Assembly: GCA_002708935.1 (NCBI GenBank)
Contig: PAPO01000024.1
Coordinates: 50,826-114,825, forward strand
Reading direction: 5' to 3'
Source: Acidimicrobiaceae bacterium
Lineage (GTDB): Bacteria; Actinomycetota; Acidimicrobiia; Acidimicrobiales; Poriferisodalaceae
Length of the DNA stretch: 64,000 nt
Positions 55,409 through 64,000 of this stretch are shown in pieces. The notes beneath the pieces were generated by a model. It made no database searches, was not told where the DNA came from, and worked only from the letters and a program-made list of their open reading frames with translations. Position 1 is the first letter of the stretch; each line of letters opens with the position of its first letter. A program made the position numbers and the translations under genes.

Positions 55409-57112
55409 ATGTACGACTTAGTTATCCAAAACGGAACAGTGGTTGACGGGAGTGGAGCAGATCGTCGTGTAGCGAACGTCGGCATTGTTGGGGATCGAGT
55501 TGTGGAAGTCGGCGAGTGTGTAGGCGAAGCATCGCGCGTGATCGATGCCTCTGGTCGCCTCGTTACTCCTGGATTTGTGGATATTCACACCCACCTCGAT
55601 GCACAACTCGCATGGGATCCCATTGGGAGTGTTTCTTGTTGGCACGGCGTGACCTCAGCGGTAATGGGTAACTGTGGCGTTACTTTCGCACCTTGCAAAC
55701 CCGAAGATCGCGGCTTCCTAGCTGAAGTGATGGAATCTGTTGAAGACATCCCGGCTAAGGCGATATTGGAGGGCCTGCCATGGGATTGGCGCACCTATGG
55801 GGAATATCTCGACTCCTATGAACGGATGCCAAAGGGCTTAAATGTCGGTGGAATGGTGGGGCATTGCTCAGTGCGTCTTATGGCCATGGGCGACCGCTCC
55901 ATCGACGATCATCACGCAAGCGCGGAAGACATTGCACTCATGTGTGATCTAGTTGAAGAAAGCATTGAAGGTGGAGCCTTAGGGTTTTCGACATCACGGA
56001 CGTACCTGCATCAGACACCTGATGGAAGAGAAATCCCGGGCACCTGGGCGCATCCAGAAGAGCTCCTTGCTATCGGCGAAGTTATGGGTCGTTTAGGGAA
56101 AGGAATTTTTGAGGCAGCAGTAGACAACGATCGGCAGTCACATGGGATGGTCGGCGTAGCAGATCGTTCGGTCATTGAGCGAGAAGTCAAGTGGATGAAG
56201 GAACTTTCTTTACGAACTGGCAGACCAGTGACATTCGGTTTTGTGCAGAACCGATCCGACCCTTCCGCCTGGGAATATTGGTTGGAGTTAGTAGAGCAAG
56301 CGAACGACGATGGGGCATTGATCTACCCACAGACAACGAGTCGTGGAATCGGTGTGTTGTTCGGCGTGGCGAATAGAACTCCATTCGATAATTGTTCAAA
56401 GTCGTGGAGAGAGATGCGGGACTTGTCTTGGCAGGAAAAGCTCGAAAAACTTGGTGATAAGTCCTTTAAAGCGCAACTTGTTTCTGACGCAGAGCAGACA
56501 CCTTCAAAGCTTGACTTGTCAGGTATTTACAGATTGGACAGCAGCCGAGTCGACTACGAGGCCGACGAGTCAGAGACACTGATAGCGCATGCAGAAGGAC
56601 GAGGTGTTTCACCGGCAGAAGCTTTCATAGATATGGCCCTGGAGAGTGAGGGGCGTGGCCTTTGGAATTACCCGTTCTTAAACTTTGACTTTGATGCGAT
56701 CCAATCGAAATTAAAGCATCCTGCCGTGGTTCTTGGTATCGGGGATGCAGGCGCACACGTGGGTCAAATACAAGATGCGAGCCAATCAACCTACTTTTTG
56801 ACGAGATGGACGCGCGATAGCGGAACTTGGAGCGTGGAAGAGGCAATAAAAATGTTGACTTCTGAGGGTGCAGAACTCTTCGGATTCAAGGACCGTGGAA
56901 CGCTACAGGCCGGATCATACGCAGACGTAAACATCATCGATTTCGACAACTTAGAGCTACACGCGCCCGAATTCGTTTATGACTTCCCGAATGGTGCTGG
57001 TCGTTATGTGCAAAAAGCATCTGGGTATGACTTAACTCTTGTTAATGGTGAAGTGTTCATGGAAAACGGCGAACACAAAGGCGCGTTGGCAGGCCGGGTT
57101 GTCCGAAGTTGA
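55409..57112 (+). CDS. N-acyl-D-amino-acid deacylase (D-aminoacylase) family amidohydrolase, copy 1
   Basis: 567 aa with YDLVIQNGTVVDGSG, PGFVDIHTHLD (HxH metal motif), MGNCGV and a GDAGAH late motif. A strong AGGGGGAG SD precedes the ATG. Confidence 0.8.
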   Translation: MYDLVIQNGTVVDGSGADRRVANVGIVGDRVVEVGECVGEASRVIDASGRLVTPGFVDIHTHLDAQLAWDPIGSVSCWHGVTSAVMGNCGVTFAPCKPEDRGFLAEVMESVEDIPAKAILEGLPWDWRTYGEYLDSYERMPKGLNVGGMVGHCSVRLMAMGDRSIDDHHASAEDIALMCDLVEESIEGGALGFSTSRTYLHQTPDGREIPGTWAHPEELLAIGEVMGRLGKGIFEAAVDNDRQSHGMVGVADRSVIEREVKWMKELSLRTGRPVTFGFVQNRSDPSAWEYWLELVEQANDDGALIYPQTTSRGIGVLFGVANRTPFDNCSKSWREMRDLSWQEKLEKLGDKSFKAQLVSDAEQTPSKLDLSGIYRLDSSRVDYEADESETLIAHAEGRGVSPAEAFIDMALESEGRGLWNYPFLNFDFDAIQSKLKHPAVVLGIGDAGAHVGQIQDASQSTYFLTRWTRDSGTWSVEEAIKMLTSEGAELFGFKDRGTLQAGSYADVNIIDFDNLELHAPEFVYDFPNGAGRYVQKASGYDLTLVNGEVFMENGEHKGALAGRVVRS

Positions 57113-57171
57113 CGTTGCCCTAGGCAAGTTCTTTACTTGGAGATCACCCCACCTACTTGCTCGCGGTTTCT

Positions 57172-57471
57172 TTAGCCGATGAGTTCGAACCAACGTTCAA
57201 ATTCAATGAAAGGCCCTGACGCCTCTACTTCGATTAGTTGAGCTGCCGAGAGTTTCGCAATAACAGTTTCTGAGTCCTCGACGCTTGCGTATCTATTGAC
57301 GTTGACGAACTTACCAATCGCAGCCGCATATCCACTTAAGACCTGTTCTGTGCCAGCGTTTTCGAGTATCGCCATTTGTGAACCGAGAAGTTCGTTCCAA
57401 CGGTCGCTTCCCACCGTCACGCCGTCATAAGCGCGACCTGGAGCAGCAATAGAAAATGAGGTGTAGCTCAC
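57172..57471 (-). CDS. Hypothetical protein (99 aa)
   Basis: GTG start preceded by AGGAGA at good spacing. No family recognised. Confidence 0.45.
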   Translation of the reverse strand: MSYTSFSIAAPGRAYDGVTVGSDRWNELLGSQMAILENAGTEQVLSGYAAAIGKFVNVNRYASVEDSETVIAKLSAAQLIEVEASGPFIEFERWFELIG

Positions 57472-57722
57472 TGTTCTTCTCCTATACCTGTTAGTTGATT
57501 GAAACGAACCTTAATCATCCCAGCAAATAGGCGGCTGATGGCGTTGCCTTTTCTTGGCTTCGACTACAGAGTCGAGCGTGACTACATCGTCCAGTGATAT
57601 TTGTGAGGTCATACACAAAACCAACTCATAGCCGAAGCCGGGGTTCGTTCTTCTTCCAGGTTTTGAGCGGTTCCTCTCAAGTCTGCGTTACTGAAGTCCC
57701 CAAAAATAGCTAGCTTTCTGGA

Positions 57723-58088
57723 ATGACTGAAGTGATTCAAGAGTTAGAGAAGCGTCGATGGCGCGCAATGATTGAAGTCGACTTGCCAACATTGGATAGT
57801 TTGCTCCACCCGAGTTTGAGATACACCCACTCAACTGCAGCAGTGGACACTAAGGATTCCTACATGTCGGCGATCGAGAATGGTGTTTTCGATTATCGAG
57901 ATGTGAGTAACAGTGATGTAGAGATCCAAATCTTCAATGACCTAGCGCTCGTTAATGGGACAGCCGAAATAACGGTGGTTGCTCGGGAAAAGGAATTTCT
58001 ACTCCGAAGTAGATACACCTGCGTTTGGATAAAAGAATCCAGTGAGTGGCGATTCCTGGCATGGCAAAACACGCCCATTCCGTCTTAA
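57723..58088 (+). CDS. NTF2-like / SnoaL-DUF4440 family protein
   Basis: 121 aa. Size and pattern (RRWRAMIEVDLPTLDSLLHPSLRYTHSTA...WRFLAWQNT) are typical of DUF4440/SnoaL-like proteins. Confidence 0.6.
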   Translation: MTEVIQELEKRRWRAMIEVDLPTLDSLLHPSLRYTHSTAAVDTKDSYMSAIENGVFDYRDVSNSDVEIQIFNDLALVNGTAEITVVAREKEFLLRSRYTCVWIKESSEWRFLAWQNTPIPS

Positions 58089-58196
58089 GAGGAGAGTTGT
58101 GATGGCCTTTACGAACGGAACAGCGAAGATTCAGCTTCGAAGTGCGGGAGATGTCGCATATTGTCTTACGACAGCTTCAGAACGAACGAGGATGAC

Positions 58197-59246
58197 ATGA
58201 CTAACCGCGAGGAGATCATCGGATACGACGTCGAGGCCGTAGAGAATTGGATCAAAGAAAACACTGAAGGACTTGAACCGCCGTTCGAATGGATTCAGTT
58301 GGAGGGTGGACACAGCAATTTGACCTACGCTCTCACAGACCCAAACGGAAGTCGCGCTGTTGTTCGCCGACCTCCCATGGGTGAGTTGCTGCCAAAAGCT
58401 CATGATATGGGTCGCGAATTCTCGATCATTAGTGGCCTAGGACCAACCGCTGTCCCGGTGCCGATTGCCTACGGATATTGCGAGAGTGCAGAAGTAACTG
58501 GGGCCCATTTTTACGTGATGAGCCAAGTTGATGGCAAAGCGTTGTTTGAACTCGAGGATGCCGTGGAGTACCTGACCGAAGACGCACGCGCCAACGTTGG
58601 AACTTCCTTTATGGACGTCTTGGCCTCCCTGCATTCAGTTGACCCAGACGAAGTTGGTCTTGGCGATTTAGGCAAAAAGGAAGACTATGTGGGCAGGCAG
58701 ATCAGAACCTGGTATCGAAGCTGGGAGGCATCAGCCGAGGGTGCTTCGTATGATGACCCTGTCCTACACGAGTTACATGATTTCCTCGAGTCGCGACGTC
58801 CGGAACAAGGACCTGCACGAGTTGTGCACGGAGATTATGGCCTCCATAACTGCCTCCTAAATCAAGAAGGCCAGCTAACTGCGGTTTTGGACTGGGAGAT
58901 ATCAACGCTCGGCGATCCGATGGCAGATTTCGCCTACGCGTTAAATACCTGGGCTGAACCGGGCGATGAGTTAGTGAACAAAGAGAATGCTCCGACACTC
59001 GCTGAGGGTTTCGCCAATAGAGGCCAACTCATTGAGCGATATGCGACAAAAACTGGTTGCGATCTAACAAACCTTCCGTATTACATCAGTTTTAATCATT
59101 TCAAGACAGCTTGCATTGTCCACGGGGTTTATGCCCGGTACATGCAAGGCCAGAAATCCTCAGAAGGAGTTGACCTTGACTACTACCGGACTCGGATTGG
59201 GGTTTCCATCGAGTTGAGCAAACAGGCAGCGGCTGAGCTTTCTTGA
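58197..59246 (+). CDS. Phosphotransferase (APH/ChoK-like kinase) family protein
   Basis: Start taken at ATG 58197, after GAGGA. Has GGHSNLTYAL (the GGxSNxTY of acyl-CoA-dehydrogenase-associated kinases), VVHGDYGLHNCL (catalytic HxDxxxxN) and VLDWE. Confidence 0.75.
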   Translation: MTNREEIIGYDVEAVENWIKENTEGLEPPFEWIQLEGGHSNLTYALTDPNGSRAVVRRPPMGELLPKAHDMGREFSIISGLGPTAVPVPIAYGYCESAEVTGAHFYVMSQVDGKALFELEDAVEYLTEDARANVGTSFMDVLASLHSVDPDEVGLGDLGKKEDYVGRQIRTWYRSWEASAEGASYDDPVLHELHDFLESRRPEQGPARVVHGDYGLHNCLLNQEGQLTAVLDWEISTLGDPMADFAYALNTWAEPGDELVNKENAPTLAEGFANRGQLIERYATKTGCDLTNLPYYISFNHFKTACIVHGVYARYMQGQKSSEGVDLDYYRTRIGVSIELSKQAAAELS

Positions 59247-59256
59247 GGATTGATCA

Positions 59257-59922
59257 GTGTTAACGGATTGGAACCCGTTGTTGCGTCAGGAATTTGCCGA
59301 ACAATATTGGGCTGAGTTGCAAGGCTTTGTTCAACAAGAACGCAAACTCGGTGCTGTATACCCACCAGAGGAGGATGTTTATGCGGCGCTCCACCTCACC
59401 GCTTATGCAGATGTCAAAGTATTGATTTTAGGTCAGGACCCCTACCACGGCGAAGGGCAAGCGCATGGTTTGTGTTTTTCTGTTCGTCGTGGAGTTACGG
59501 TTCCCCCATCTCTACAAAATATTTACAAAGAAATGCAGTCGGATATCGGGTTGGTGCCTCCAAGCCACGGCAATCTTGAAAGCTGGGCGGGTCAAGGCGT
59601 GTTGCTGCTAAACGCTGTTCTTACGGTGAGAGCAAGTCAAGCCGGATCACATAGGAATCGCGGCTGGGAAACTTTCACGGACCAAGTCATCCGTATGGTC
59701 AATAAGAAGAAAGAACGCGTCGTCTTTATCTTGTGGGGGGCATTTGCTCAGAAGAAGAAGCCTCTTATCGACTCTAATCACCACTATGTGATCGAAACGC
59801 CCCATCCCTCTCCTTTTAGCGCCCATCGAGGCTTTTTTGGGAGTCGGCCGTTTTCTCGTGCTAACGCTGCTCTGCTTGAGGCAGGTAGAAGTGGTATCGA
59901 CTGGGGTCTTCCTCACAATTGA
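59257..59922 (+). CDS. ung: Uracil-DNA glycosylase (family 1)
   Basis: 221 aa with the GQDPYHGEGQAHGLCFSV water-activating loop, LLLNAVLTV and HPSPFSA motifs. Confidence 0.9.
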   Translation: MLTDWNPLLRQEFAEQYWAELQGFVQQERKLGAVYPPEEDVYAALHLTAYADVKVLILGQDPYHGEGQAHGLCFSVRRGVTVPPSLQNIYKEMQSDIGLVPPSHGNLESWAGQGVLLLNAVLTVRASQAGSHRNRGWETFTDQVIRMVNKKKERVVFILWGAFAQKKKPLIDSNHHYVIETPHPSPFSAHRGFFGSRPFSRANAALLEAGRSGIDWGLPHN

Positions 59923-60710
59923 TGGCTTATCAGGTGGGGATGTAGCCCACTTTCCGCCTCCAGCCACTCAATTTGCCTCAATACTGACACTTCGCCTTGT
60001 TCGGTCACATCGACGGTAAAACGCCCGCCATAAACAGAGACTCCACGCGCCCACACTCGACTCAACCAACGAGGGTGTAGACAAATTTTGATGTGACTAT
60101 CTCTGCCGGAAAGTCGACCATCGACTGAAGGGACTCTCAAGGGCTCGACAACGCAATTGAACGGTATCAAGGCTGGATTTGGCACCGATGGTCTCTGGTT
60201 GGTTAAAGCTTGAACCAATGAACGGCGGGCTCGGAGCTTGGTGGCTTCTGTTAAGTGACGGTTGAGAGATGGGGCAAAATCCCATCCGCGTTTATCCCCG
60301 GCATCGACCACAGTGGCCATTGCCCGATCAAGAAAGTCGTGAGGCAGAACGGTTATAACCTCACCCATTCTGAGGGCTTTTTCTCGCGGTAAGTCGTACA
60401 GGAAGTCCTGAACGCCTTCAGACCGTAATCGTTCAAGAGCTGTCTTTAACCACCAACGTCTCTGAGGGTCTGCCTTGTACCAAGGGGCCCATTCTTCGAT
60501 AAAGCCACCATCAGTTATTGCTAATTCCCACAAATCGAGAACCTTTAGACACTCCGGTTTCGTGCCTCCCAGAGCGATCAATGCTTTCTCGGAACCGATA
60601 TTCGGATGATCTAGAAGTAGCAACTCTCCACCGGACCAAACGACGGTGTGCTCCTGACCTTCACAATTCACCTCGAACCGTGTACTTGGAACACCTTCAT
60701 GCCAGGGCAC
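59913..60710 (-). CDS. Hypothetical protein (265 aa)
   Basis: Long track ORF with ordinary amino-acid composition. Converges on ung with a 10 nt overlap. No family recognised. Confidence 0.5.
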   Translation of the reverse strand: MPWHEGVPSTRFEVNCEGQEHTVVWSGGELLLLDHPNIGSEKALIALGGTKPECLKVLDLWELAITDGGFIEEWAPWYKADPQRRWWLKTALERLRSEGVQDFLYDLPREKALRMGEVITVLPHDFLDRAMATVVDAGDKRGWDFAPSLNRHLTEATKLRARRSLVQALTNQRPSVPNPALIPFNCVVEPLRVPSVDGRLSGRDSHIKICLHPRWLSRVWARGVSVYGGRFTVDVTEQGEVSVLRQIEWLEAESGLHPHLISHQL

Positions 60711-60906
60711 AATTTTTACCGAGCTCTCTTCCGATCGCAGTGGATGACACTTTGGGGACAGGGATAGATGCTCCTGAGTATCGCATCACTCTGCTCCTTA
60801 GCGCAGAGAATCACTCTCATGTACTGAAAGGCTTGAATCAAAAGTGGTGAAGAGGATCACAGATATTTCAAATAGACAGGAATAATGCTGGCTACGCTTT
60901 CGAAGC

Positions 60907-62616
60907 ATGCATGACTTAGTAGTGAGAAACGCGCGCATCGTCGATGGCAGCGGGTCCCCGGAGTTCGCAGGGGACCTCGCCATTTCAGATGGTGTAGTGA
61001 CCGACGTCGGCAATGTCGACGGCCTCTCTCATCAAGAAATTGATGCCGATGGCCAATTAGTACTTCCGGGATGGGTGGATATTCACACTCACTACGACGG
61101 CCAAGCAACATGGGACCCAGAGATGACTCCTTCCTCATGGCATGGAGTCACAACTGCGGTCTTTGGTAATTGTGGGGTTGGGTTCGCTCCTGTGCGTCAG
61201 GGGAGCGAAGACTTCTTGATTAATCTTATGGAGGGTGTAGAGGACATTCCGGGCACTGTTTTGGCAGAAGGAATTGATTTCACCTGGCAGACATACCCCG
61301 AGTACCTTGACGTCCTCGAGAGCATGCCGCGGGTAATGGACGTGGGAAGCCAAGTTCCCCACGGGGCCCTTCGATTTTTCGTTATGGGAGAAAGAGGAGC
61401 TGACCATAGCGAACTTCCAAGCGCTGATGAACTCGCACAGCTAGAAGTATTAGTTACAGAAGCATTCGAAGCTGGTGCACTTGGTTTCAGCACGAGTCGA
61501 ACAACCAAACACAAAGCTGCGGATGGTCGACTAACTCCATCTTTGTCGGCTGGAGATCCAGAATTGGCTGCGATCGCAAACGCTATGAAGGCCTCTCGTA
61601 CTGGAGTCCTGCAGGTCAATAGTGACTTTGGTCCGGGGGAGTTCGAAGCGTTAGAAGCGGCAACGCGAATATCAGGGAGGCCGCTGTCAGCTCTCATCAT
61701 TCAGGTTGACCATTCACCAGAGCTGTGGCGGGAAACGCTGGCTCAAATCGGGCAGGCCAACAACGAAGGTCTTTCTATGACCGGTCAGGTCGGATGCCGA
61801 CCTATTGGAGTGCTGCTGGGACTGGAAGCGACTGTTAATCCTTTTGGTAACCACCAGGCCTACAAAGCGATTTCTGATCTCCCGCTTGCGGAGCGCGCCG
61901 CTACTTTGCGAGAAAATCAAGAACTGCGGGCAAAGCTCATAGATGAACGACCGAGAGATAGTTTTAGCGACTGGATGAATTACGCGCTTACTAGGGCGTT
62001 CGAACTAGGGGATGAACTTAACTACGAACCGGAGCCGTCAACCTCGGTGGCTGCTCGCGCCGAAGCTATGGGTGAAAGCCCCTGGAAGCTGGCCCTTGAT
62101 CTGCTTGCCAGCGGGTCCGGCGAAACCCTATTGCTGTACCCATTTGAGAACTACAGCTCAGGGTCTTTGAACGAGGTGTTTGAAATGTTGACTGACCCCA
62201 ACACCATCTGTGGGGTTGGAGACGCAGGTGCTCACGTTGGAACGATATGTGATGCTTCCTATCCGACATATCTGCTGACGCATTGGGGTCGTGACAGAAC
62301 TCGTGGGGAGCGACTGCCACTGGAATTCTTAGTAAACAAACAAACTCGCCGAACAGCGGAGACATACGGATTATTAGACAGGGGTCTGCTGCAACCTGGT
62401 TATAAGGCTGACTTCAACATCGTTGATTTCGATCGGCTATCGGTGGGTTCACCCGAACTTATTCGTGATCTCCCGGCTGGTGGAAAACGGCTAGTTCAGC
62501 GACCCATCGGCTACACCCACACTTTCGTGAGTGGTACCGAAGTAGCATCTAGAGGCGAGTTGACGGGATTCCGCCCAGGCCAACTTGTACGCGGTGCACA
62601 GTCGGACCCCAGGTAA
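60907..62616 (+). CDS. N-acyl-D-amino-acid deacylase (D-aminoacylase) family amidohydrolase, copy 2
   Basis: 569 aa, colinear with copy 1 (HDLVVRNARIVDGSG, PGWVDIHTHYD, FGNCGVGFAP, GDAGAHVG). Confidence 0.8.
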   Translation: MHDLVVRNARIVDGSGSPEFAGDLAISDGVVTDVGNVDGLSHQEIDADGQLVLPGWVDIHTHYDGQATWDPEMTPSSWHGVTTAVFGNCGVGFAPVRQGSEDFLINLMEGVEDIPGTVLAEGIDFTWQTYPEYLDVLESMPRVMDVGSQVPHGALRFFVMGERGADHSELPSADELAQLEVLVTEAFEAGALGFSTSRTTKHKAADGRLTPSLSAGDPELAAIANAMKASRTGVLQVNSDFGPGEFEALEAATRISGRPLSALIIQVDHSPELWRETLAQIGQANNEGLSMTGQVGCRPIGVLLGLEATVNPFGNHQAYKAISDLPLAERAATLRENQELRAKLIDERPRDSFSDWMNYALTRAFELGDELNYEPEPSTSVAARAEAMGESPWKLALDLLASGSGETLLLYPFENYSSGSLNEVFEMLTDPNTICGVGDAGAHVGTICDASYPTYLLTHWGRDRTRGERLPLEFLVNKQTRRTAETYGLLDRGLLQPGYKADFNIVDFDRLSVGSPELIRDLPAGGKRLVQRPIGYTHTFVSGTEVASRGELTGFRPGQLVRGAQSDPR

Positions 62617-62623
62617 AGCCTCC

Positions 62624-63811
62624 ATGAAAGAATCAATGCCTTTGACCGACATCACCGTGATCGATTTAACGATTGCGCGTGCGGGCCCAACGGCGGTGCG
62701 ACAGTTGGCGGATTGGGGCGCAAACGTTGTGCGCATAGATGCCCCCAGCGAAGGGTTTGAGGCTGATGGAGGCATGTCCCCTGACTATCTGAATCTTCAT
62801 CGAAACAAGCGTTCAATAGTCATAGACCTTAAGAATCCTGAAGGGCAAAGGACTTTCCATAGATTGGTCGAATCTGCTGACGTTGTTGTAGAAAACATGC
62901 GCAGTCCTGTCAAACATAAATTGGGTTTTGATTTCGAGACGCTGTCGTCAGTTAACCCGCAAATTATTCTTGGCTCGATATCGGGCTTTGGTCAGGATGG
63001 CCCATACGGCGGCCGCGGAGGGGTGGATCAAATAGCCCAAGGCATGGGCGGCCTAATGAGTATTACTGGAGATGCCAACCATGGCCCAGTCAGGGCCGGT
63101 GTTGCCATTAGTGATGTAACGGCTGGGCTTCAGCTTGCTATAGGAATCTTGACAGCGCTTCATGAACGCAAAAGAACAGGCAAAGGTCGATGGGTGCACA
63201 CATCTCTCCTCGAGTCCATGATCGGAATGCTCGACTTTCAAGCAGCCAGATGGACCATCGCTGGGGACAACCCACCGCAAGCAGGTAACGACCATCCAAC
63301 TCTCGGACCGATGGGTATGTACAAGACTGCCGACGGTTTCGTCAATATAGCGGCGCCCGGAGGACGGCTCTGGGAGGCATTTTGTAGAGAATTGGGAGTT
63401 GCTCAGTGGTTGGAGGATCCACATTTCATGACGAGTTCAGCGAGACGCGACAACAAAGAGGAACTGAACCGACTTATCGAACAAGAATTATCTAAAGACA
63501 CTGGGAATAATTGGGTTCAGCGCCTCAATGCAGTGGGCGTTCCGTGTGGACCGGTCAACACGGTGGCTGAGACATTTTCTGACCCACAAGTTCAACATCT
63601 TGGGATGGCAGCGCCAGTCACGCATAGGTCTGCTGGTGACATTGACGTAATCAGAAACGCGACGAACATCGAAGGAGTGTCCTCCGAAATTCGAATGCCG
63701 AGTCCCGTTAAAGGGCAGCATTCGAAAGAAGTGCTAATCGAATTCGGCTTTAGTGAAGATGAAATTGCAGACCTCACAAAGAGCAAGGCTGTCGAATTCA
63801 ACCCCGAATAA
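62624..63811 (+). CDS. Family III CoA-transferase (CaiB/BaiF-like)
   Basis: Start taken at ATG 62624, just after the upstream stop. Has VIDLTIARAGPTAVRQLADWGANVVRIDAP and the catalytic-Asp region AISDVTAGLQLAIGILTAL. Confidence 0.85.
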   Translation: MKESMPLTDITVIDLTIARAGPTAVRQLADWGANVVRIDAPSEGFEADGGMSPDYLNLHRNKRSIVIDLKNPEGQRTFHRLVESADVVVENMRSPVKHKLGFDFETLSSVNPQIILGSISGFGQDGPYGGRGGVDQIAQGMGGLMSITGDANHGPVRAGVAISDVTAGLQLAIGILTALHERKRTGKGRWVHTSLLESMIGMLDFQAARWTIAGDNPPQAGNDHPTLGPMGMYKTADGFVNIAAPGGRLWEAFCRELGVAQWLEDPHFMTSSARRDNKEELNRLIEQELSKDTGNNWVQRLNAVGVPCGPVNTVAETFSDPQVQHLGMAAPVTHRSAGDIDVIRNATNIEGVSSEIRMPSPVKGQHSKEVLIEFGFSEDEIADLTKSKAVEFNPE

Positions 63812-63850
63812 GGACTACCTTTCGTTTACTGCATTCACGCTGCCCGGTAT

Positions 63851-64000
63851 TTAGAAGCCGGCCTGTTTGTCTACAACACCTTCGAGGGCACGCCCCTCCC
63901 GTAAAGCCACCAAATTACGGCAGAAGCGTTCTAGATTTCGGCGGCCTCGATGTTGGCTAGCGCCAGCTGTGTGCGGTGTCATCACGCAGTTATCGAAACT
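63851..64000 (-). CDS. D-isomer-specific 2-hydroxyacid dehydrogenase family, C-terminal 49 codons (N-terminus beyond the right window edge)
   Basis: Manual minus-strand translation gives SFDNCVMTPHTAGASQHRGRRNLERFCRNLVALREGRALEGVVDKQAGF-stop. NxxxTPHxAG is the family's catalytic-His signature. Confidence 0.7.
   Translation of the reverse strand, partial: SFDNCVMTPHTAGASQHRGRRNLERFCRNLVALREGRALEGVVDKQAGF

Noticed and set aside
1-64000. I searched by eye for tRNA-like T-arm sequences (GGTTCGAATCC-type), tRNA-Sec, rRNA, CRISPR repeats, transposase or integrase genes, and long direct or terminal inverted repeats.
   Set aside because: None was recognised. Absence is by visual inspection only, so tRNAscan-SE/ARAGORN, Infernal and a self-dotplot should be run to confirm.

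Overview
This is a gene-dense bacterial chromosomal segment with about 60 protein genes and moderate GC. I saw no rRNA, tRNA, CRISPR array, transposase or integrase by eye. Content is mostly catabolic or accessory metabolism: four luciferase-like (LLM/F420-type) oxidoreductases, four crotonases plus BoxC, three acyl-CoA ligases plus a benzoate-CoA ligase, three family III CoA-transferase units, two D-aminoacylase paralogs, several alpha/beta hydrolases and 2OG/TauD oxygenases. Housekeeping genes are interspersed: msrB (partial), gcvT-gcvP behind a tandem glycine riboswitch, serB, typA and ung. A mycothione-reductase-like flavoprotein, an Rv2466c-like DsbA protein, a DinB-like protein, an ACT-domain SerB and the many F420-type LLMs suggest an actinobacterial, possibly marine Acidimicrobiia-like, origin. 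That lineage call is inference only. The main result of the hunt is that the ORF track truncates two genes at in-frame TGA codons that sit exactly on catalytic Cys positions. One is selenophosphate synthetase SelD (TGA 15702-15704, minus strand). The other is a glutaredoxin-type ArsC arsenate reductase (TGA 22075-22077, minus strand), which has a SECIS-like hairpin with a GGUC loop. Both are best read as selenocysteine codons. The Sec-type selD lies in a tightly packed, partly translationally coupled run: DinB-like, nucleoside hydrolase, SelD, J-domain protein, NadD-like nucleotidyltransferase. None of the known selenium-utilisation partner genes is in that run, so it may be an undescribed selenium-linked module. 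Other notable items are a boxC-boxB / benzoate-CoA ligase cluster without boxA, a single-chain tandem CoA-transferase whose N-terminal half appears to lack the catalytic Asp, and a monothiol (CPFA) Rv2466c-like protein.
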